Part shown: piece by piece, positions 33,880-44,693 of the stretch | Position numbering within the stretch: the first letter of the stretch is position 1 | Layout of the letters: each line of letters starts with the position of its first letter | Assembly (NCBI GenBank): GCA_030167865.1 | Contig: JALAGF010000008.1 | Coordinates: 1 to 64,000, forward strand | Length of the DNA stretch: 64,000 nt | Reading direction: 5' to 3' | Origin: Craspedostauros australis | Taxonomy: Eukaryota | Program-made: the position numbers and the translations under genes | Notes under the pieces: model-generated | What the model was told of the DNA's origin: nothing | The model's input: the letters and a program-made list of their open reading frames with translations, nothing else | Databases searched by the model: none

Positions 33880-36800
33880 ATGGCGACGGATGTAACCATG
33901 CAGGAGGACTCTGGGCTTGCTTCCGCAGCGTCAGCTGTTCCTCGCATCAGTCCAGATGCCATCCATGATGGTGTTGATGTGGACACTAATGTGAACACTA
34001 ATGCTAATGCTAATGTTGATGCTAATGCTAATGCTAATGGAACCACCATCACAGCTACACCTGTCGACAATCAGATCAGGAGCAGCAACAGCATGGACAA
34101 CGACAGCAGCAACAGCAACATGGCTTCGCCTTCGCCAGCACCCACCGAGGATTCCCGAACTGCATCGCAGGAACACACAACGACCGGCATTCCATCCAGA
34201 CCGCTGGTGCACCGCATCCGCTCCTTGGACCCGTCTTCCTCGCTCGCCTTTGCGGATGCCCAACCGCGTACGCATGAGTACAGCCGTCGTCACAGTCATG
34301 GACATGAGTTTGATCACGACGCCACGCATCAACAAGTGCGTCTCAGTCCCAGCAACATCAATCGTGTTGCCGCAACAACCACGCGTCCATCTGACGATGC
34401 AACAATGGCGAGAATGAGCGACGATCCTGATCATGTCGAGCAATCGCTTCCAACAGCCACTGTTGCGTCTACCAATGCATCCGGTGCCACCCATACACCT
34501 GCACAGGCAACCACCAATCAACCTGAAATGGAAGCAGGCAGTGACGCCTACACAAACAACAACGATCAACAGCAGCAGCAGCAGCAGCAACAACAGCAAA
34601 ATGCAACACGATCACCACCAACCGGGCAACCGCAGCATCCGCAACTGGACGAATCGGAATCTATTTTACTGCCACACCAACGTCCCAACCACCGGGGCGC
34701 CTCCATCTCAGGCAGTCAGGTCTACTGCATCATCTCTGGTCTGCTGGCTCTCGTGGCCATCCTCATGGCACCCATCCAGGTGGAAACGCTCAACGCAACC
34801 GCCAGAACCAACATCTTTCATCACAAATCGTCGCTCTTTTCATTCTCCATGGAAATCAACTCGCCCAAGACGGTGGAGCACAAACTGCTTCCGCAACTCA
34901 TTGCCCAATCGGCTTGGTTGGGAGCGCAGAAGGAACACAAAGCAGCGACCGACAACAACAAGAACAAGCCCGAACAATCGATCCCGCAGGTCCAGGAACC
35001 AACGGATTCCAACTCTGGACGGTCCAATCACTTCGTCGTTCGGGCCTTGGAAGATGTCTACACCTTCGCCTTTGGATTGCCAGGTCACGGCAACCTGGAG
35101 CAAAAACCCTCTCCAATCGATGACACGAAGCGCAAGCAGCAGCAGCAGTCAACGACAGGAGAACAGCAACCAAGATGGCCCAACGGCATCAAACGCTTCT
35201 TCGCCTCCCTGCAAGCCAAGCCCGCCACCATGATCCCGCCCAGCGATGTCGACGATGCCGTCATCTTTGACATCCAACCAAAACCAGCGCGAATGCAGAA
35301 CGACGACGAACCAAAGATCAAAACGAGGACGGCCTCCTTCTTTTCCATGCCATCATCTGACGGATCGCACATCATTCTGTTCCAGCAGTCGTCTTGGATT
35401 GATCCATGCATCGCGGATTGGGTACAATCCAAACTTGGCAGAGCCAGCAGCAACGCCTCTCGCTCGCAACACACATTCGCAACTATGCTTCTCATGCTGG
35501 CGCACAAAGTCATCGGAAACGCGTTGCGTCTGGGTTGTGTCTTGCATTGCATGTTCGCGTGGACGTACGTCGCCCACATTGCCATCGCCTCTCGGTTCCT
35601 CTCTTCGACGACCACCGTCAACGTCACGACCGCAGCGCGCGAACGCATCGGAGGATACATCCTCTTCAAGCTCTTCCTCACATCCCGAATACTCATCCCG
35701 GGAGCTGTGGCAGCAACAAAATCCATCTGGACGGAAGGCCAACAGGACATGCTCAACTGGCTTTGCATCTTGGCATGGTACACGTGCATCGCGTGCTTCC
35801 GATCCTGGAACATCCTCAGCGCTGCGGCGACCACCCGCATGCAGCATTCAGATTCGCAGTCCATACAGCAGCAGCGCCTTGTCGTGTCGCGTCGCGGCAC
35901 CGCAAACGACGAACACGATGATGCATCATCGGAGAACCCCATCCCGTGGCTACGATCCACCAACCCAGCCTCCAACGGCATCCTGGGATTGCTGGCATGC
36001 ATCCTCATTTGTAATGCCGTCGCGGCTGCAACCTGCATCGCTGTCGTCGTCCCGACGCGCGGCTGGAACATGGCCATCTGGTTGTGCGGCGAATGCCTGT
36101 TGCTGGCGGCCGAGGTCATCCAGCAGGCGCTGCAGCACGTGCGCACCGTGTGGGATTTGCAGCAATCGCAGCAGATCACCGCGCTGGAGGAGCAGCAGCT
36201 CAAGCAGCAGCAACAACAGCGCGATGTGGAACTCGACCAGCGCCTGGAGATGCTAGAGGTGGCGCACGCGCGACGTCTGCAATGGCTCGAGACCATGCTG
36301 TTCGGTTGCCAGCTCATCGGCCATTGCATCACCTTCATGCACTTCCTGCACATCTGGTCCATCCGCGGCGTGCAATGGACCCTGACGGATGGCCTCCTCG
36401 CGATTCATATCCATTCCGCCATCACGGGGGCCCTGCAGCAGATCTCACAGTGGCAGCACGTGCGCGCCATGGCGTCCGCCATCCAACGTCTCTTCCCCAC
36501 GGCCACCAGCTCCGATCTCGATGGCGATGTCTGCTGCATCTGCCTCGGCAGCATGGTCGTGCAGGGCCGTACCATCAAGGTGTTGCCGCGGTGCGGACAC
36601 CTCGTGCATGCCACGTGTTTGCGACAAGTCGTGGAACGAGCGCCGTCTTTGGAACATGCCCGATGCCCGCTGTGTCGCACCAATCTGCATCAGACCAAGA
36701 CCAAGGAGATGACAGTCGTGCAACCGCCACCAGCAGCAGCTATCGCAGCGCAAGCCATCAACCTGGAGCGCGCGGGTGTAGTTCCATCTCAGGCGGCGAC

Positions 36801-37239
36801 TCCCGCCACGAATGACCGGTCCCTGACACCCGGCGCAAACATCAATGCGGTCGACGACAACACGGCCGCAAACAATCTTGCGGCTGCTGCACCGCCGGTG
36901 GCTGGCGATCAAGCGCTGTTCCGATTGTCCACGGAAGGCATATTGCCATCGTGGATACCGATTCCGTCCTTCTCCTTTGAAGTCATCCGTCGGTCGCCGC
37001 AAGCTGCCGCACCGCCGGAACCAGCCGAACCGGTGCAGCAACAGCCTTCCATCCTGCGACGGTTGCTGTTCCTGCATTCCATGACGCCGGAACAAGAAGC
37101 TTTGGCGATGGAGAATCTGGTCGACATGTTCCCGCAGCATAACCGCGACGACCTGTTGCAGGCCTTGCGGCGGCGTGGATCCGCGGAGGCGGTGGTGGAA
37201 TCGATCTTTTTGGGTCGGTTGCCGGCAGGGAATTCTTAA
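33880..37239 (+). CDS. gp78/AMFR-HRD1(RIN2)-like membrane E3 ubiquitin ligase with RING-H2 and CUE domains
   Basis: Multiple hydrophobic segments; CCICLG...LPRCGHLVHATCL...CPLCR; C-terminal LVDMFPQHNRDDLLQALRRRGSAEAVVESI (CUE MFP motif). Confidence 0.85.
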   Translation: MATDVTMQEDSGLASAASAVPRISPDAIHDGVDVDTNVNTNANANVDANANANGTTITATPVDNQIRSSNSMDNDSSNSNMASPSPAPTEDSRTASQEHTTTGIPSRPLVHRIRSLDPSSSLAFADAQPRTHEYSRRHSHGHEFDHDATHQQVRLSPSNINRVAATTTRPSDDATMARMSDDPDHVEQSLPTATVASTNASGATHTPAQATTNQPEMEAGSDAYTNNNDQQQQQQQQQQQNATRSPPTGQPQHPQLDESESILLPHQRPNHRGASISGSQVYCIISGLLALVAILMAPIQVETLNATARTNIFHHKSSLFSFSMEINSPKTVEHKLLPQLIAQSAWLGAQKEHKAATDNNKNKPEQSIPQVQEPTDSNSGRSNHFVVRALEDVYTFAFGLPGHGNLEQKPSPIDDTKRKQQQQSTTGEQQPRWPNGIKRFFASLQAKPATMIPPSDVDDAVIFDIQPKPARMQNDDEPKIKTRTASFFSMPSSDGSHIILFQQSSWIDPCIADWVQSKLGRASSNASRSQHTFATMLLMLAHKVIGNALRLGCVLHCMFAWTYVAHIAIASRFLSSTTTVNVTTAARERIGGYILFKLFLTSRILIPGAVAATKSIWTEGQQDMLNWLCILAWYTCIACFRSWNILSAAATTRMQHSDSQSIQQQRLVVSRRGTANDEHDDASSENPIPWLRSTNPASNGILGLLACILICNAVAAATCIAVVVPTRGWNMAIWLCGECLLLAAEVIQQALQHVRTVWDLQQSQQITALEEQQLKQQQQQRDVELDQRLEMLEVAHARRLQWLETMLFGCQLIGHCITFMHFLHIWSIRGVQWTLTDGLLAIHIHSAITGALQQISQWQHVRAMASAIQRLFPTATSSDLDGDVCCICLGSMVVQGRTIKVLPRCGHLVHATCLRQVVERAPSLEHARCPLCRTNLHQTKTKEMTVVQPPPAAAIAAQAINLERAGVVPSQAATPATNDRSLTPGANINAVDDNTAANNLAAAAPPVAGDQALFRLSTEGILPSWIPIPSFSFEVIRRSPQAAAPPEPAEPVQQQPSILRRLLFLHSMTPEQEALAMENLVDMFPQHNRDDLLQALRRRGSAEAVVESIFLGRLPAGNS

Positions 37240-37434
37240 TTGCGTAACATCGAGTTGAGTACCTCAATCTATCATATTCTATTCTATTAGAACGATTTTT
37301 ACTTCACAATGAATGAGATGCAGTTTGTCGTTGACCGTTGCATGAGCATGTGGGGTGATAATCAAATGTTATTTTACGCGTTGATTATTTGATTGATCGA
37401 TTGCCTCTTCTCCTCTCTCCGTCGAGTACGGGCT

Positions 37435-38984
37435 TCATTCTATTTCCTGACGCATGTGCACACGGATATCCAACGTGGATAAATCCAGCTCCTCCTTCAG
37501 CTTGCTGATCTCCTTCACCAATTCATCGAAGACTTCTGTGTCGCCTGCCTGGATGGAGGTCGATGATACCATGGCCTTCACGAAGAATTCACGCTTCTTC
37601 GTCTTCTGATTCCAACGCAGCTCCGTGCTCAATTCCTCGAAGCTCATTCCGTTGTTTGCGATGCGTTCGGAAATGGCGGCGAGCATGCCAGGGCTGTTGT
37701 TGTGTGCATGTTACGCAGTTGATGGTTACATTGGGATTGACGTTGACGAGGGATAATATGTTGCAAGCGGGGTGAGTGCGCGTGAAGCAAAGCATGGCAA
37801 GTACGAAAATGGTGGAGTACCAGGACTTGTGGAAAGTCGACGCTCTCTTCCACATACCAGCAATACATAGCAGGCAGTAGACAGTAGACAGCACGCTGCT
37901 GCAACGCACGAAAATAATAGACACAAACTCACCGATCTTCACCGATACAATTGATGACCATCCCCATGACGGCCTTCTTGGTCGGATGCGCGTCATACTC
38001 CCGCCGTCTCAGCTCCGTGACATGAATGTCCATCTCGTGGCTGATGGTCTTGCGCCGTTGCAAATTGCTCTGAATGACGTGCTTCTTCTCCGGCGGTATG
38101 GCGACGTGCATCTGGATGATGAATTCTTCCCCCAGCCGCACCATCTTGGAATGCGTGATGTTGCCCCCGTCGCGCGCGATGTGCTGTGTCAATCCTGCCA
38201 CGATGCCCGCGCGGTCCTTGCCGACGGCCGAGACGTTGAAATGGGCCATGTTGTGATCCATCTCCACGGGCGTGTTGTTGAAATTTTCGTCGAGACCTTC
38301 GCGCATGAGTGAGAGGGTGGAACCCGTGACGGCACCCATGGCCAAGTCGTCGGCGTGCACGACGTCTCCACCGCGCATGGCCGACAGCACGCAGGTCCAC
38401 AGCAGCGAGACGCCGGCGGTGAAGGGGATGCGCATGTGCATCGGCATGAAGGCGAAATTAAGGCAAGTGGCCGGGACCCAGATCTTCCACAGGGCTATGA
38501 GATCCTCACGGATGTTGACGGTGAAGTAGTCCGTCAGGACCTTCTTGATGTCGGGCGGGTTGCTGGGATTGGACATGACCATCTCGCGCGTGATGTAGAA
38601 GGCCGGGAAGTACATCAAGGGGTGGTGCACGCACTGGTCGAGGAAGACCTGCGCGACGAGCTGGATCATGCCCTTGGTGTCCTTGAGCTTGTCCACGAGA
38701 GGCAGCTTGGCGAATTTCGCAGCATGCGGGAAGAGGCGACCGAAGATGGGAACGTAGAGGCTGTACTGCACGCCGCCCAAGTAGACGAAGCCGAACGTGG
38801 CAAACGCGGCGTTGCGCTTCCAGTCCACCTCCTTGCGCTGCTCCACGACCTTCTGCACCAGCAGATCGGAGAAGGAGGTCTTGAAGCCGGAGATTATCAC
38901 TCCAAAGGCGAACGGGTACTTCACAGGCATGGCCTTGCTCCTCGACCAGAACGACGATGCGGCGCGTCCGAATGTGGATGTCAT
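37435..38984 (-). CDS. Mpv17/PMP22-family membrane protein fused to two ACT domains (GcvR-like), ~436 aa
   Basis: Exons 38984-37933 and 37693-37435 (GTGAG...CAG, phase 2). Mpv17 motifs: SDLLVQ, DWKR, VFLDQ, WKIWVPATCLNFAFMPMHMR, W...LS. ACT motifs: VSAVGKDRAGIVAGLT...GGNITHSKM and CIGEDRPGMLAAISE. Confidence 0.85.
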
Positions 38985-39737
38985 CGTGCCCGTTTTCTGC
39001 GTGCCCGTTTCTGTGCTGCTCTGGTCTGCTCAACTGTGTCGTGCTATGTTGTGGTCTGATTTGATCTGATCTGCTCCTCTCTTGTTCGCACAGGTGCTTG
39101 TCAAGTATCGTATGCGTACGACTATGCAAACATAGAACAGGATGCACTCCAACAGATACTCTCCTTGTCGTGTTCCGTGTGCGATGCTCAGCACAATGTC
39201 GGCAAAGAACAACGAGGATGAAAAGTGAGAACAACAGGAACACAACCACGTGAGCAATCCGCAACAGAATCTTTGGACGCGTCGTCGACAATGTGACGTC
39301 CTCTGTGCTGACGTCAAGGAACGACACGAGAACGACAACAAAGCTCTGACCAATTCACGACGAATGGAATTCTCGAGTCGCGCGACCCAAAGTCGATCGA
39401 GGCGGTCGTGCTGCTAGTTTGATTCCTTCGAACAATAATGGGACATGCGTACAGACTGTTGATCACAGCAAACCGCGTTGTTGTTGCTGTTCACGACGAG
39501 AAAACGTAGTAAGTGGTAGCAGGCACCAACAACAAGTTGCAACAAGAATCACGATGGCGGATCGCGGCAACAGCGGTAGCCTTGGCTGCATCTGGAAAAT
39601 CCCCCTCCACTGGCAACCGCAACAACAGTACCACCACCAGCAACAACATCACCCAGCCGCCAGCAATCATCATCATCCGATCGCTGTAGCACTCGTAGTC
39701 CAACCGCCACTCACGAAGCAAACGAAAAATTTCCACC

Positions 39738-40771
39738 ATGGCCGACGTTGAAGAACCAATCGCTGAACCAGCCCCAGAGGAGCCAGAAGCCGAGGAGGCG
39801 GAGGAAGAAGAAGAGGAGGCCGCCGAGGAAGAGGAAGCCGAAGAGGAGGAATTTGCCGCTGTCGGCGGTGCCACCGAGGTCAAGCTCTTCGGAAAGTGGT
39901 CCTTCGATGACATTGAGGTCCGCGATATCTCCCTTGAGGTACGTGCGAGCACATGAAGATGCGGTTGGTTGAGTGGTGTGCGTTGGAAGGAGAGGAGATC
40001 GGCAACAAGCGGAACTGGCTGGAGATCGATCAACACGGTGAACCACATGCATGGACGGACGGACGCCAACAGTGAAGACAGCAACCCGCAAATGTGATGC
40101 ACACAGACCTTCTCACATCATCATATCTCCTTGCCTCAATCATCGTTTCCGCACACTGGACGAATCGCTGATGGAACGAATGGATCAACTCGGGTTGCTT
40201 TCTTCCATCACTTCGCTACCGCACTGAATGAATTCATGGCTGCTCTGAATCGTTACAACCACAGGACTACATTGCCTGCAAGGGTGACCATGCCGTCTAC
40301 CTCCCACACACCGCTGGACGATACCAAATGAAGCGATTCCGCAAGGCATCGTGCCCAATCGTCGAGCGACTTGTGTGCTGCCTCATGAAGAAGGGACGCA
40401 ACAACGGAAAGAAGCTGCAGGCGTGCCGAATCGTTCAGCACACTCTCGAAATCATCCACCTCCTCACTGACCAGAACCCAATCCAGGTCATCGTCGATGC
40501 CATCATCAACTCCGGACCACGCGAAGATTCCACACGAGTGGGAGGAGCCGGTGTCGTCAGACGCCAGGCCGTCGATATGTCGCCATTCCGACGTGTCAAC
40601 TACGCCCTCTTCCTCCTCGCCACTGGCGCCCGTGAGGCCTCCTTCCGCAACCTCAAGACAATGGGAGAGTGTCTGGCCGAGGAGCTCATCAATGCCGCCC
40701 GTGGATCATCAAACTCTTACGCCATCAAGAAGAAGGATGAGATTGAACGTGTTTCCAAGAGTAACCGTTAA
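39738..40771 (+). CDS. RPS5: 40S ribosomal protein S5 (uS7)
   Basis: Exons 39738-39938 and 40265-40771. [61 protein letters not shown]. Confidence 0.97.
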
Positions 40772-41990
40772 TCACGCAAGCTCTGTAATAAACAAACAAA
40801 CTCTGAATACCATACTATACAACAAACGTGCACCTACCATACTCCACATGCGTAGTAGAAGTGTTGCCGTCTCTTCCTGCTCATTGACTGTCAGATTAGG
40901 GCCGGACACGTGAGATATGGTTGGCACTTACACCATCCCAGATGAAGAGTTCAAGAAGACAACACTGGGCTACGGATTGCCCTTCCGAGGACTCGACAAC
41001 AAGACCTCACCTACATCTAACCAGTACCCACATCTTCCACCTATCGTCCCTATTGGATCTGAATACGAGTTGCACGAACCATGCGCGCACTCTACTCCTA
41101 TTCTCTCTTTCCGGAGAGAGCATACGACGCAGCGAAGAATGGATGCTTCGGCACAGGAACCAAGCCCAACATTACTCCACTCGACTCTACTCTAATCTCC
41201 TCGTTTCTACACATACACGCTCATAGTATACATTGTATTACACGAGCAATTGTAGCATATTCTATAATACTCTTAAACATAATATCATGTTCATGGGTTG
41301 CCAAGACAACAACGAAGGAGCAAGGAAGAGACCAGACATTCACATTCTGGTCAATGTCTCTAGCTTCAATATATAGCATGAGTTTGAAATCGGCTTTACG
41401 TTGGATTGGCGTTACGCAAGTTACAGGTTGAAAATAGGTTGGACGTGCTCGTTTGATCCTGTCGAACCAACATGGCATCCCTGTGACATTTCAGCGATTG
41501 GGGTAGAGCATGTCCTCCGTTTTCATGTGTGACACTGGATATTGACGTTATTCAAGTATTGGTATAATTAATGATATGGTGGTTATCTGCGTGCGACAGG
41601 CCACCTCACGATGGTTGTTTTCGCCGACCATCGCTGATTCGGAAAATCGCCTCTCCACATCTTCACGCGCAGAAACACTAACAACAACAAGAGAGGTGCA
41701 AACGTCCCAGTCACATGGGAAGTGCACGCATGTGACCATACCAGACAACACAATACAATAACGCAATACTCTCCTTTACGAGCATACCGCACTTGCCCAA
41801 CCATCGAAGAGCCACACCGACCACCTTCTGCTCGACGTCGACATCAGCTCAACGACGCTCACAAAACGACAACGCAATCAACAGCAACCTCGCTCTGCAC
41901 GTGTCCGCATTCAGGAACAATCCCATCACATTTACTCACAATAACTTCAACGACACTCTAACTACCCCACACCCTCAAACCACAGCAACA

Positions 41991-43082
41991 ATGGCCTCCG
42001 TCATGGGAAACAACAACGAGCTCTGGTTGCCAGAGACCTCCGTCGCCAAGCGCGGCAAGGAGTCCAAGATCGAGAACTGGTGGGAGGTCAAGATCTCTGA
42101 CAACCCAGCCGATGCCCGTCCAACCCGCGGAGCCACGCCCCTCGTCGAACGCTGCATGCGCGTGCACGGATTCAAGGAGAGCTTCGCCAAGCGCGTCCTC
42201 AAGGGATACCGTCAGTTCATGGAGCTCAAGTCCGTGATGAACGACTGGAACGAGCTCAAGCTCGCACCACCCGTCGCCGTTCACCAGATGTGGGAGCAGC
42301 ACCTCCTCGACAACCTCAACTACACCGACGACTGCCTCCTTCTGTTCGGACGCGTCATTGGCCACAACCCAGATGCCATCCTCGACGCCGGCGGCCTCCG
42401 CGATCGCATCATGACCACCAAGATCGCCTTCCAGGCTCGTTACGGAGACGATCTCGACCAGGAGGTCTGGGACTTCGGTGACTCGCACGGACAGACCGCG
42501 CCGCAGCCGGCCGACAACCACAGTGCTCCAATCAAAATCCACAGCGAGCCAAACCCGGCCGTGAGCCACACTCCACGCGGACGCCTCCCAGTCGCCTCCG
42601 TCGCCGGTGAGCCGATCACCATGTCCCCACCACGCAACAGCAACCAGGCCAACGCCCACACCACCCAGATGGTCGAGGACGCTCCCATCACCAACGTGAG
42701 CAACTCCCGATCCGTCACCGGGAGCCGAACCATCACATCCCCCAGCCACCGCGGCATGGTCCCGCAGTCTACCGCCGTCAACAGCACCTCGCGCTCGATG
42801 GCCTCGCCCAAGACCAACACCGCCGCCACGCCTAACGGAAACGAGCCAATCACCATCTTCCTGAGGGATCAGACCAGCGGCGAGGAGACCTACTTCTCCT
42901 TGAGGTACAAGAGCACCCTTCGAATTGTGTTCACCGTCTTCGCCGAGCGCCGTGGCATGAACCAGGAGCTGCTGAAATTCAGCTACAGCGGACAGAACCT
43001 CACCGGATACGAGACGCCGCACAGCCTGGGTCTGGAAGACAGAGCACGCATCGACGTGCAGGTCACACCACGACGGGGTTAA
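41991..43082 (+). CDS. GRDP-like (DUF1399-type) domain protein with a C-terminal SUMO-like ubiquitin fold
   Basis: YRQFMELK...APPVAVHQMWEQHLLD...YTDDC...FGRVIGHNP; P/S/T linker; ITIFLRDQ...ETYFSL...LKFSYSGQ...ETPHSLGLED...IDV. Confidence 0.75.
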   Translation: MASVMGNNNELWLPETSVAKRGKESKIENWWEVKISDNPADARPTRGATPLVERCMRVHGFKESFAKRVLKGYRQFMELKSVMNDWNELKLAPPVAVHQMWEQHLLDNLNYTDDCLLLFGRVIGHNPDAILDAGGLRDRIMTTKIAFQARYGDDLDQEVWDFGDSHGQTAPQPADNHSAPIKIHSEPNPAVSHTPRGRLPVASVAGEPITMSPPRNSNQANAHTTQMVEDAPITNVSNSRSVTGSRTITSPSHRGMVPQSTAVNSTSRSMASPKTNTAATPNGNEPITIFLRDQTSGEETYFSLRYKSTLRIVFTVFAERRGMNQELLKFSYSGQNLTGYETPHSLGLEDRARIDVQVTPRRG

Positions 43083-43479
43083 GCAGCACAGGCACGACAC
43101 CATGTCCAGCGCCTATCGCCACACACTACATGCACCCATCCCAATCCTCTGAACGTGAGAGGATGGTGAGGCATGAACCGCATACCATCAACACCAACAA
43201 CGCGCCAGCAACAACGCAACAAAACACACCATTCCCAATGTTTCCACTACCAATCTAACAACGAAGAGATCCGGAGTACTCGTGGTCATTACATAGGAGT
43301 ACGAACCATCTCTCGCTCAAGCAAGCACACACACACACAAGCACTGTATATGTTTTTGTCCAAACACACACAATCAAAAGAAATTAAGAATAGCACCAAA
43401 CATCAAATAACTTACAACAACAACAACATAATCTGTTGACGACCCTATTCCATATCTGCATCAATGCTGATGAAAACGT

Positions 43480-44580
43480 TCACGATGAAGGTTTGTTACC
43501 AACCATCCACGCTTGCCACGCCGCGTTCTCCTTGTAATTCTTCGTACTGGCTTGCTGCTGCAAATCACGCACTTGACAACTTCCAAACGGATTACGCTGG
43601 GCTGCCCAGAGGAGCCTTTCCGATGTCTCCGATCCACAGACGTCCGCAATGACCTCTTGATCGTCTTGCGCTTCCTGCAACGTATACGCCGTCACGACGA
43701 ACGGAAACTGCCCGCGCCGCTCCGTCGCAAACAGATACCGCAACGTCGTCTCCCATTCCGCATATCCCCAGATCCCGGCATTGAAGGCGATCGCCACATC
43801 GGGCACATCGTGCGATTGCAACCACTCGTGGTAGACGCCGGCATGACACTGCACGCCATCGTAGACATGCTGCATCGACGTCGGTAGATCCCTTCCCACC
43901 AAATGCAACTGGCAAGCATGCCACTGCAGAAATTCATCGAACAGCTGTCGCAGACGTGGCACCGACGCGCACTCGACCTGATCGACACCGACGATATGCA
44001 CGACGCGCGGTCGTATTTGCAAGCGCACCAAGGCATCGGCCATCGTCGCGGCGCGGCTGAGATGAGATGCACTGCGGAAGGCGCGCAATGTCGCTTTGGG
44101 GATGATATCGTGCTTCAAGAACGTTTCCCATCGTTTCAATTTGTCGGTCATGTTGGATTTGGTTTGGATCGTCGCGATGGCGGATTTGACCGATTTCATG
44201 TCGATGTTCTTCTTTGTTGGAGCGGCGTCGCCGAACGTGGCCGTCCATTCCTCGTTGATTGGGTGGTCGTAGGCATCGGCGATGATATTGCCGTAGTCTT
44301 CATCTGGTTCCACGGGTTGGTGGGTGGTGCCACGCAATGTGGCTTCGTAATCTGCATCCAACGTCGCCAGCGCTAGATTTGCGATGCTTTCAAAGTCGAA
44401 TGCATCGTCGTCGTCGCTGTCGCTGTCTTGAGTTGGTCCTGCGGAGAACGTGTTGTTGGCAGGATTCAAATTGAAGAGAGGGGTGTACCCGCCGTTGTTG
44501 TTCCAGGCATCGTCATCATGACTCTCCGCCATGGTCGAATGCTGGTCTTCGCTGTTGTCATTTTTGGGTGTCGAATTCAT
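43480..44580 (-). CDS. MSS51 C-terminal-like domain protein (methyltransferase-like fold)
   Basis: VHIVGV, LHLVG, GVYHE, PDVAIAFNAGIWGYAEW, FVVTAYTLQEA, NPFGS motifs. Confidence 0.7.
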   Translation of the reverse strand: MNSTPKNDNSEDQHSTMAESHDDDAWNNNGGYTPLFNLNPANNTFSAGPTQDSDSDDDDAFDFESIANLALATLDADYEATLRGTTHQPVEPDEDYGNIIADAYDHPINEEWTATFGDAAPTKKNIDMKSVKSAIATIQTKSNMTDKLKRWETFLKHDIIPKATLRAFRSASHLSRAATMADALVRLQIRPRVVHIVGVDQVECASVPRLRQLFDEFLQWHACQLHLVGRDLPTSMQHVYDGVQCHAGVYHEWLQSHDVPDVAIAFNAGIWGYAEWETTLRYLFATERRGQFPFVVTAYTLQEAQDDQEVIADVCGSETSERLLWAAQRNPFGSCQVRDLQQQASTKNYKENAAWQAWMVGNKPSS

Positions 44581-44693
44581 GGTTTTTTGTTTTTTCAGAA
44601 TGAAAATTATGACCGCAAACAAATCGTGGGTAAAACTACTGTGTGTTACTCTCTTGCTCTATTGTTACAAGGAACAAAACTGTGCGGAACTCT

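Noticed and set aside
39939-40264. Intron-encoded C/D snoRNA in RPS5
   Set aside because: CTGA boxes are present, but there is no exact RTGATGA C box and only about 7 nt of apparent rRNA complementarity; it would need snoscan/Infernal.
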